In this document: in pieces, positions 7,615-14,454 of the stretch
Position numbering within the stretch: position 1 is the first letter of the stretch
How the letters are laid out: each line of letters starts with the position of its first letter
Source: a virus
Taxonomy: Duplodnaviria; Heunggongvirae; Uroviricota; Caudoviricetes
Direction: 5' to 3' (one strand)
Virus record (IMG/VR): IMGVR_UViG_2778261009_000003
Location: 1 to 14,454 of that record
Length of the DNA stretch: 14,454 bases
Translations under genes and position numbers: made by a program
The notes under the pieces: generated by a model
The model's input: the letters and a program-made list of their open reading frames with translations, nothing else
What the model was told of the DNA's origin: nothing
The model's database searches: none

Positions 7615-8004
7615 TTATTTCCCTCCGAATCTATAAATTTTATAATTGTTTTCTATTGGTTCATATTTCATTACTGTATAGACACCATCGATTAAAATGA
7701 TTACTTTACCTCTCCAGTACACAGTAGATTGGGAGCCAGTAATTAGGATATCCCCATCAAATGGTTCTACTTGTTTTATACCCAGATCATTACATAGGGC
7801 ATTTAGTGATTTATATGAACAATGTTCTTTTGCGTACTTTCGACCGCCAGTAGGTGACGTATATTTCTGATAGATTTCGTCCCTGTAATTTGTACCAAGA
7901 TGCATATCAATAACAGTCAGAGACATGATATGACAATCATTTTCACCGTATACAATTGGCTGACCGATTAGAGTACTAAGATATTCTGTAATAAATCCAT
8001 TCAT
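7615..8004 (-). CDS. Minor tail protein (129 aa), K-like position, partial NlpC/P60-like signature
   Basis: GQPIVYGENDC and GDILI resemble the NlpC/P60 G-x-P-Y-x-W-G-x-x-D-C-S-G and GDLVFF motifs, but no His follows. Start overlaps the upstream stop (TAATG). Confidence 0.45.
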   Translation of the reverse strand: MNGFITEYLSTLIGQPIVYGENDCHIMSLTVIDMHLGTNYRDEIYQKYTSPTGGRKYAKEHCSYKSLNALCNDLGIKQVEPFDGDILITGSQSTVYWRGKVIILIDGVYTVMKYEPIENNYKIYRFGGK

Positions 8005-8648
8005 TATTTTTTACTCGCTTGCCAAAACTGCTCTGAACTATTTAGTATTCCGATTAGATCAAAGAACTTATCACCCTTATGGGTTGATTGGTGAATTGAT
8101 GTACTTGATAGTAGACGTTGTGTCTGGTCTAATTTCTTCCATATGGAATTGAGATTAACAGTGGTTTCATTCTGTGTGTTAGTTCCATCTACAGAAAAAT
8201 CACTGCTAAAATAATCTATATATCCACTAAAAATACGATAACGGTAAAGAAGTGCACCTGTTGCAGGGTTAACGATCCCCATCCAGATATTAACTTTGGC
8301 ATCTTTCCACAATCCTCTTAAAGCAAGGGAAAGATAATCCTGGCTTACGTTACTAATCTTAAACGTAGTACCGGTATTATTGATCTGATTCTTTTCTACA
8401 TAGTTCGCAAAGGATGAATCAATTAGATCTGGAATTGGTTTATATACAATGCCATTGATATTCTGTTCTACTACTGCATCAGTAAGGTATAGATTACTTC
8501 CTGTAGGAGGTAATAGATCAATCAGTTTTACCATGATTCCACACTGGTATAATTCCCTTTCTGTAAGAACTGACTTATTATCACCCCGCATTAGATTCCA
8601 GTACTTTACTAATTCTGGGTTACTTAGTACATTGTTTGGAATTGCCAT
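8004..8648 (-). CDS. Minor tail protein (214 aa), L-like position
   Basis: Translationally coupled within the tail operon; AAGGGG RBS upstream. Assigned by position only; lacks the Cys cluster of lambda L. Confidence 0.45.
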   Translation of the reverse strand: MAIPNNVLSNPELVKYWNLMRGDNKSVLTERELYQCGIMVKLIDLLPPTGSNLYLTDAVVEQNINGIVYKPIPDLIDSSFANYVEKNQINNTGTTFKISNVSQDYLSLALRGLWKDAKVNIWMGIVNPATGALLYRYRIFSGYIDYFSSDFSVDGTNTQNETTVNLNSIWKKLDQTQRLLSSTSIHQSTHKGDKFFDLIGILNSSEQFWQASKK

Positions 8649-8649
8649 A

Positions 8650-9204
8650 TTATCCCCTTATATTCTCTGTTGCCGTAATTGTCATTTCAATAATATTCGT
8701 ACTTGGTAAGTCATATGTAGAGTTAGCAGGTGTAAGAATAAAAGAACCCATTAGATTATCGTATTTTACTGTTTCCCCTATCTGGATATTTCGGATCAGT
8801 CCTGGGTAGATATTCAGAGTCGTTCCACTACGGGCAATAACACGATAGAGTTTTTTGTGTCCTGAGAATTGAATTAAATCACCTGGGGAAAGGTTATTAG
8901 TATTGGTCTGAATAGATGTAGCCCCGGCTGTACGGGCTGCTGTTACCTGTACACCTGTCGCCTGATTACCTGAATAATCACCCCACCAACCAAGAGACAT
9001 ATCAAAAGGTCTGCCATTGGAATAGAGTGCAAGAAAGTTTGTTAAATCGGTTCTGTATTTTTTACTTGTTGTAACCTTAAAACTTATGCTGAAGTACTGT
9101 GTTCCGACAATACGGGTAATTACCTCACCAGACCATGTTTTGTTTTGGTATTGGGGGATATTATCAGAAAGTACAAAATCACTTATTAGAGAGTTATTAA
9201 ACAT
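8650..9204 (-). CDS. Minor tail protein (184 aa), M-like / distal tail position directly after the tape measure
   Basis: Position and AAGGA RBS. No diagnostic motif. Confidence 0.45.
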   Translation of the reverse strand: MFNNSLISDFVLSDNIPQYQNKTWSGEVITRIVGTQYFSISFKVTTSKKYRTDLTNFLALYSNGRPFDMSLGWWGDYSGNQATGVQVTAARTAGATSIQTNTNNLSPGDLIQFSGHKKLYRVIARSGTTLNIYPGLIRNIQIGETVKYDNLMGSFILTPANSTYDLPSTNIIEMTITATENIRG

Positions 9205-9219
9205 ATATTTTCCTTATAA

Positions 9220-9237
9220 AGCCCACATGAATGTGGG
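9220..9237 (-). other. Intergenic hairpin between tape-measure stop and next gene start
   Basis: gcccaca / tgaa / tgtgggc, 7-bp perfect stem; followed on the minus strand by a short U-run and then the RBS. Confidence 0.3.
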
Positions 9238-9251
9238 CATACTGTATTTAC

Positions 9252-11513
9252 TTAGACGTTCCTCTGTTGGCTTTTACGTACTGCCTGGGTGATAGTATCG
9301 GCGTGTTTATCACACATACTCTGGAATTTTGAATCTGTGAGTTCTCCGGCACCCTGAATAATTAAAGGGGCATCAATTTTAATATCACCACCTTTATCAC
9401 TCCCCTTATTATTCAAGTACTGTGTTAAGTCCTGGTTCAGAGATTTACCTACAACACGTTCACCTTTTTCAAGATTATATGTACCAGTCTTCGGTAGTGA
9501 GTCCCAACCATCATGTGCCTGACCTTCAATCTTTGTACCCTTAATCGTACTGACAATATTGGCACCTTCGGCTGCAACCTTAATACCCGCAGCGATGCCT
9601 GTAGGCCAGCCAAGCTTCATAGCCTCAGAAATACCCTGCTGAATATTGATAATAGACTGGGCAACTGCGATCCCTTTGCTCATTGCAAATGCAGCTTTTG
9701 CCATAGCATTACTTTCACCAAATACACCTGCAAGAGTAGTACCGAGATCCTGAGCACCCGTTGCATACATAGAAAGTGTCTTTTGCTGGGCATCAATATT
9801 AGCCTGACTCATTTTGTCTGTAGTAGATTGTTGAATTGCTACCATGCGATCTTGGTAATCCTGATAACTTAATAACTTCTGTTCATACAGACTTTGATTC
9901 AGTGCTAATTCGGCCTGTCCTTCTGTTGCTAATGTATCGAGCGTGTTCTGATCGGCACTCATATTTAATGGATCTTGATTAAGTCCCATACGTTCGTTTT
10001 GACCTGCCAGTACTGAATTAAGGTCTTTTCCTGACATAGAACCACCAATTGCCGAAATATTCTGGGCAAGTTTAAGTGGATCACTTTCAGTGAGCATTGA
10101 ATTAACCATTTCTTTATACAGGCGTTTACGTGAATCAGTCTGCTTTCTTAATAGTTCAGTCTTTTCAGCTTCAGTTTTACCAAGAGTATCTGCACTTATT
10201 TTAATGCGTTGTTCTATTTCATCCTGGGTCTTATTAAATTGTTGTAGCTGTAGGGCAGCACCATTACCTGCAATACCATTCATAGTCTGTTCCAGTACTT
10301 TGGCAGCCTGGATACGATCCTTTGCGGCCTTATCACTGGCTTTTTTCGCTTCTTCCCCTGCTTTACCATCATCGAAGTTAGAACGCTCTTTTGTCGTTCC
10401 TGTATATGCCTTTGTAGTTGGTTTATAGTCTTCCTGTGAATATTCACGGGCAAAGGCAGCAAGACCACCAATACCTGGTCCAAGTGGTGAAAAAACTGCA
10501 TCGGCTGCTGTCTGTACGTGTTTACGTCCTTTTGCTATTTGCTCGGGTGTAAACTCGGGTAATTCAAGGCCAATCTTTGATCCTAAATTACGGATCATGT
10601 CATAGAATTTAACGACCTGATCGTATAACGACTGTATGATCGTGTTTTTTGAATCCCAGTTAAAGAATGAATTAATAAACTCAACTGCTTTTGTTTTGAG
10701 GTTGTCAAACCATTGATATATTTCCTTACAGGCTTTTACGAGTCCATTAAAAATATCAATGAGGGGTGTAACAATTTCAAATGCAAGAGTTTTCAGTCCG
10801 TTACCAAGACCTGAAGTATTCTGACTTAACAGATCAAATGTTTTTGCCTGTTCATTAGTCATTGCTACGTTCTGGGCTGCAAGAGAGTTATTAAATTCAA
10901 TCTCACTATTAAAAGAGTTGAATGTAGGTATTAGTTTTGCAGCATCACCACCGAGAGCATTAATCATGTTTGTAATTTCGGCAAGATTTGCACCATTCTT
11001 TTTCATCTCAAAAAAGACTTTTGACAATGCCTGTAAACCACCATCAGCCTGTTTTAATGTTGGTATTAGGCTCTTTACATCTACGCCGAATGTTTTCAAG
11101 TCACCGCCAACGCCAGAACCGTCCGCAGACGCAATACCAAGTTGATCCATCACTGCTTCGTTAATCGAACCAACTTCTTCCATAGATAATCCTATGGTTT
11201 TGAATGCCCCTGACCACTGCTGGAGTTGCTCGGCACTTAGTCCGGTTGTGCGTGTCAATGCGTTGATGTCGTTTGCAAGTCCAATTGTATATGTGGTCAG
11301 TGCTGTAATAGCTGTAATTGCCATTGTTGCCGCATTACCAACACCACCAAGACCAGTTGCCATTGAACTTAGGCCACCACTAATACCACCAAATACACTA
11401 CCAGCACGATCACCAAAGTCGGCAAGTCCATTGCCAGCACTTTTTAAAGATTTTTGTAACCCAGATTCATCACCTGTGATTTCAAAAATCATCTGTTGTT
11501 TATTCCCTGCCAT
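9252..11513 (-). CDS. Tail tape measure protein (753 aa)
   Basis: Large Ala/Gly/Gln-rich ORF with low-complexity helical stretches, immediately downstream of the G/GT chaperone pair; its ATG lies 1 nt after the T-frame stop. Confidence 0.85.
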   Translation of the reverse strand: MAGNKQQMIFEITGDESGLQKSLKSAGNGLADFGDRAGSVFGGISGGLSSMATGLGGVGNAATMAITAITALTTYTIGLANDINALTRTTGLSAEQLQQWSGAFKTIGLSMEEVGSINEAVMDQLGIASADGSGVGGDLKTFGVDVKSLIPTLKQADGGLQALSKVFFEMKKNGANLAEITNMINALGGDAAKLIPTFNSFNSEIEFNNSLAAQNVAMTNEQAKTFDLLSQNTSGLGNGLKTLAFEIVTPLIDIFNGLVKACKEIYQWFDNLKTKAVEFINSFFNWDSKNTIIQSLYDQVVKFYDMIRNLGSKIGLELPEFTPEQIAKGRKHVQTAADAVFSPLGPGIGGLAAFAREYSQEDYKPTTKAYTGTTKERSNFDDGKAGEEAKKASDKAAKDRIQAAKVLEQTMNGIAGNGAALQLQQFNKTQDEIEQRIKISADTLGKTEAEKTELLRKQTDSRKRLYKEMVNSMLTESDPLKLAQNISAIGGSMSGKDLNSVLAGQNERMGLNQDPLNMSADQNTLDTLATEGQAELALNQSLYEQKLLSYQDYQDRMVAIQQSTTDKMSQANIDAQQKTLSMYATGAQDLGTTLAGVFGESNAMAKAAFAMSKGIAVAQSIINIQQGISEAMKLGWPTGIAAGIKVAAEGANIVSTIKGTKIEGQAHDGWDSLPKTGTYNLEKGERVVGKSLNQDLTQYLNNKGSDKGGDIKIDAPLIIQGAGELTDSKFQSMCDKHADTITQAVRKSQQRNV

Positions 11514-11514
11514 A

Positions 11515-11835
11515 TTATTTTCTTCCCATCCAGTTTAACATGTTTGCTCTCTGTTCTTCGGCGATCCGTTTCTCTCTCTCTTCGGCTTGTTCTTTAATGG
11601 TCTTATTGTTGATGATATTAAGAGAGTCCAATTCTGTGATACTGAATTTCTTTAAGTCTTCCTTCTTAATATTCCCAGTACTGAGCCATATAGCCTGGAG
11701 TATTTCGGTATGTCTTACCTGTTCAATTCGGGAAGAATTTGGTTCTACAAAAGTGTCATATACAAATAGATAGATAAAAAGCGAAAAGGGCATGGTGCAG
11801 AGATCTTCCACACCACACCCTTTTGTCATCAGCAT
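11515..11835 (-). CDS. Tail assembly chaperone T segment, probably expressed as a G-T fusion via -1 frameshift
   Basis: This ORF is in the -1 frame relative to G. Its frame is open upstream to a TGA three codons before the G stop, so it overlaps the slippery site. Confidence 0.6.
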   Translation of the reverse strand: MLMTKGCGVEDLCTMPFSLFIYLFVYDTFVEPNSSRIEQVRHTEILQAIWLSTGNIKKEDLKKFSITELDSLNIINNKTIKEQAEEREKRIAEEQRANMLNWMGRK

Positions 11836-11867
11836 TTTTAGAGAAAGTTTAAGAAACGGATCGCCTC

Positions 11868-12158
11868 TTACTTTTTTTCAATTTCTTCAATATTCATAGC
11901 TTCGGTAAAAATACGCGTGATTTCGGTATTAAGTTTGATTTGATAAACCATGTCAATTTCGCTTTCTACCTGTTCTGGTGATTTAAAAAGTTGTTTGCCA
12001 TCGACATCAACTACACAGTAATGAATTGTAGTGTACGGGTCACTACATTCACTATACTTAGAAATAGCTGGAAGACGAATATAAACAGTAAACCCCGGAG
12101 CAAGTTCAAAGGCATGTTTTTTGACACCAATTGCTGTCATTAGATTAGATAGATCCAT
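11868..12158 (-). CDS. Tail assembly chaperone G-like (96 aa)
   Basis: Small acidic protein between tube and tape measure; ends ...EIEKK* with slippery heptamer A-AAA-AAG directly before the stop. Confidence 0.65.
   Translation of the reverse strand: MDLSNLMTAIGVKKHAFELAPGFTVYIRLPAISKYSECSDPYTTIHYCVVDVDGKQLFKSPEQVESEIDMVYQIKLNTEITRIFTEAMNIEEIEKK
11871..11877 (-). other. Programmed -1 ribosomal frameshift slippery heptamer A_AAA_AAG (G/GT)
   Basis: Minus-strand aaaaaag (plus-strand ctttttt at 11871-11877) in the zero-frame register gaA AAA AAG TAA. Same heptamer as the E. coli dnaX shift site. Confidence 0.6.
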
Positions 12159-12190
12159 GTGTATTTTTTCCTTATTATGATTATTTTATA

Positions 12191-12667
12191 TTATGGTTTT
12201 GCTGCGATTTCACCAACTGCTACAGGTTGTCCCGTAATTGTCATGACGAATTCACGTGTCGCGACAGAATCAAAATCCCCACCGACAACATCAGAACTGA
12301 TATAGCCATTAACTACAGAGTAATAACCCGCACCATCGGTATCAGCGATGTTTTCGTAATAGGTTACTTTTACCTGCATAAGCGTCTGTTTTTGAGCTGC
12401 GGTAACTAACATCTCCTGTCCTACTGCCCCTGGTTTCCAGTTCACAGATAGGGTTAGATCGGGTACAGAACGAGAACCTAATAGCTTCTGTGCGTACTGC
12501 TTACCAAATGTATTTACTGAAATGATTGTACTCTCGGCACCTGCTGCTGATGGGAAAGCTGCAACTTCTTCAATTACTGTATAAGTGGTTGCCTGACCAC
12601 CACCTGCTGGTGCTTCTGCAATTTCTACTACAACGTTATTCGCTGCGAAAATTCGATTAAAAGCCAT
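12191..12667 (-). CDS. Major tail (tube) protein (158 aa)
   Basis: Size and position directly upstream of G/GT and tape measure; AAGGA RBS 8 nt upstream. No motif-level confirmation. Confidence 0.65.
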   Translation of the reverse strand: MAFNRIFAANNVVVEIAEAPAGGGQATTYTVIEEVAAFPSAAGAESTIISVNTFGKQYAQKLLGSRSVPDLTLSVNWKPGAVGQEMLVTAAQKQTLMQVKVTYYENIADTDGAGYYSVVNGYISSDVVGGDFDSVATREFVMTITGQPVAVGEIAAKP

Positions 12668-12688
12668 TTTAATTTCCTTATTTAATTA

Positions 12689-12707
12689 GGGTAACGTCCT
12701 GTTACCC
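12689..12707 (-). other. Intergenic hairpin upstream of the tube gene
   Basis: gggtaac / gtcct / gttaccc, 7-bp perfect stem, between the 533-aa ORF stop (12718-12720) and tube start (12667). Confidence 0.3.
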
Positions 12708-12717
12708 GTTTCCTTTT

Positions 12718-14319
12718 TTATTTATGAAGATTGTAGTACTGCACATATAGCCCCAATCCGCGTAAAAGTTCACCCGAATAGAAACTAAAGAACATACTAT
12801 TGTTTTCGGCAGTTGTTTCATTACCTGTTCTGATTGACGCAGGCCATGTACCATTCATTACATGATTTGGTGAAATAACTGCATAGTTAAGTTGTATTTC
12901 ATCAAATAGTAATTGAATTAGCTCATGGTCTGGATATCCGGCGATAGCCATCATGCATGCCCCTGCTAACCATAGACCTGACATATGAGGGGTAAAGCCA
13001 TCATATTCTACAGAACCATTATCCCTAAAATAGGTAGGAGCTTTACCGACATTATTTTTCATGAACCATTTTAGATAGTTCATCCAGTTCTGACAGAAAG
13101 ATATTAGTTTAGGAGGTATTACAGTACTGTCTTGTCGTGACCATAATTCATGTACTGCATCACACCCACCAAAGAAAGCCCTTGGTTCGTATCCACTCCA
13201 TGCTTCGGCGTACCAGTGCTGCATTATGAATTGATCTGGTTTACCATCAGGAGCATATGCTAAAGCGTCCTGTCTGTTCCATACGAAAGCCTGTGCACAT
13301 GGTCCTGGTAAAGATGGTTTAAATTTATTTTTAAACCATGCCTGAGAATCATATAGAAAATTGATACTGTTATTTAAGCGAGTATGATCTATTTCTGTTC
13401 CTTTAAAGCACCAGATCGCCGGTAGTTGATAACCAGGATACGGTAGACCACGCCAGCCAGAATATAACTGGGCATAGGGATCGGTAATGTTAGAGAACGG
13501 AATTAAACCGGGAGTATACGCAAGACTATCTAACATATAATCTTTAATAGTACAGTCACCTAATCGTGCTGTGTATCCATTACCAGTTGTGTCGTTAAAC
13601 GTAAGCAGTACTGTGACCGAATAATCACCTGTCCCAGCATCTGTATACATCGCAGGCAAATCATTAATACAATACCAGTCAATCTTTCCATTCACACCAT
13701 TTACTGGATCTGTATCAAGTAGCAGTGTGAAAGATTCACGGTTCGTTAGTACTGGGCTTGCTGGAATTGGATCTGGTTGAATCCATTCTCCTGGGTTATC
13801 TGGATCTTCAATTTCGGGGTGATCTGGTTGATAACCGTTTAGTTTGAAGTCAGCAATAGTAAAAGTCTTTGTAACCCATTCACCATTTGTTGCAGGGAGC
13901 ATAGCCCACCAACGCCATTTATTATCATCACTTATACGAAAGTTAAAATCATCATCATATGAACGATAGGTAAAAGACTGAATATTGGCAGTCTCTGGTG
14001 TGAATATCCAAAACCCCACCACCTGTCCCCCGTCACCATCCATTGTTGTAGACACGACGTTATCGTAATACTTCCCAAGTACTCCACTCTGATATTCAAA
14101 GTTTGTTACCGTGTTATCTCCATAATCGGCAATCATACGTAGATCGGCAGTCATATAATTAGAGCCATCTGGTTTCATCACACGTGTGAAACGATTCATA
14201 GGAATGTCCATTGTAGTAATAGATCCATCTGGATTAGTCATTGGTAAGCCACACCGATAATCAATTGCACCCTCTTCTGTCTTTGTTTTATTCACTGTGA
14301 CTTCAGCAGATACTGACAT
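12718..14319 (-). CDS. Large hypothetical protein (533 aa), Trp/Tyr/Asn/Asp-rich, enzyme-like; possibly 5'-truncated at the inverted-repeat junction
   Basis: 1.6-kb open frame. The only start is ATG 14319, 7 nt inside the junction, with no Shine-Dalgarno; the frame is open upstream into the repeat until a stop. Not recognisable as capsid, portal, terminase or sheath. Confidence 0.55.
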   Translation of the reverse strand: MSVSAEVTVNKTKTEEGAIDYRCGLPMTNPDGSITTMDIPMNRFTRVMKPDGSNYMTADLRMIADYGDNTVTNFEYQSGVLGKYYDNVVSTTMDGDGGQVVGFWIFTPETANIQSFTYRSYDDDFNFRISDDNKWRWWAMLPATNGEWVTKTFTIADFKLNGYQPDHPEIEDPDNPGEWIQPDPIPASPVLTNRESFTLLLDTDPVNGVNGKIDWYCINDLPAMYTDAGTGDYSVTVLLTFNDTTGNGYTARLGDCTIKDYMLDSLAYTPGLIPFSNITDPYAQLYSGWRGLPYPGYQLPAIWCFKGTEIDHTRLNNSINFLYDSQAWFKNKFKPSLPGPCAQAFVWNRQDALAYAPDGKPDQFIMQHWYAEAWSGYEPRAFFGGCDAVHELWSRQDSTVIPPKLISFCQNWMNYLKWFMKNNVGKAPTYFRDNGSVEYDGFTPHMSGLWLAGACMMAIAGYPDHELIQLLFDEIQLNYAVISPNHVMNGTWPASIRTGNETTAENNSMFFSFYSGELLRGLGLYVQYYNLHK

Positions 14320-14326
14320 TGCAGTA

Positions 14327-14454
14327 CTGAACCGCCCCGGGTTTCCTGGAGAGTGTTTTATCTGTGAACTCAGGCTGCCAGATCATCGTTTCCGATGGAA
14401 GCATAATAAGCTTTTTCTGCTTCTGCCGGAGGAGTATGGCCCAGCCTTTCCAGC
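14327..14454. repeat. Right copy of the perfect 128-bp inverted repeat (partner 1..128)
   Basis: Exact reverse complement of 1..128; an inverted duplicate of HAD-gene coding sequence fused to the 5' side of the 533-aa ORF. Confidence 0.95.

Noticed and set aside
8449-11538. Short ORFs at 8449, 9086, 9513, 10090, 10280, 10918 and 11194
   Set aside because: Embedded antisense or out of frame within the minor tail and tape-measure genes, which have coherent RBSs and coupling.
12718-14319. 533-aa ORF as a tail sheath protein (which would make this a contractile tail)
   Set aside because: Downstream genes are siphovirus-type (G/GT, tape measure, J-like) with no baseplate or sheath-associated genes, and the sequence does not evoke sheath domains; left as unknown.
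800-14326. attL/attR direct repeats, integrase gene or tRNA integration target
   Set aside because: No direct repeat shared between the left boundary region (about 800-850) and the right junction was seen by eye, and no integrase-like ORF or tRNA-like sequence was found; a systematic repeat search could still find short att cores.
1-14454. Tectivirus-like or other protein-primed linear genome (window about 14.5 kb with roughly 0.1-kb inverted terminal repeats)
   Set aside because: No family-B DNA polymerase or terminal protein candidate, a lambdoid tail module is incompatible with tectiviruses, and the repeat is host HAD coding sequence.
1-14454. CRISPR array or rRNA/tRNA genes
   Set aside because: No regularly spaced direct repeats and no structured-RNA-like GC-rich segments observed.

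Overview
This window holds a lambdoid (siphovirus-type) tail morphogenesis module on the minus strand, an endolysin gene, and an AT-rich accessory island, all next to a host-like HAD phosphatase gene. The tail operon runs tube -> chaperones G/GT with a -1 frameshift site -> tape measure -> three minor tail proteins -> a J-like host-specificity protein. The accessory island (about 850-3250) carries five tightly packed genes of unknown function, including a candidate split GIY-YIG homing-endonuclease pair and two small membrane proteins. The most striking feature is that the last 128 nt are the exact reverse complement of the first 128 nt. This inverted repeat lies inside HAD coding sequence on the left and abuts the start of a 533-aa enzyme-like ORF on the right; it may be an assembly fold-back, a real inversion breakpoint or an element terminus. 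No capsid, portal, terminase, integrase, tRNA or CRISPR array is recognisable, so a tail-only (F-type tailocin-like) element or a prophage fragment are both possible. All protein family calls rest on motifs read by eye and remembered reference sequences; no database search was run.
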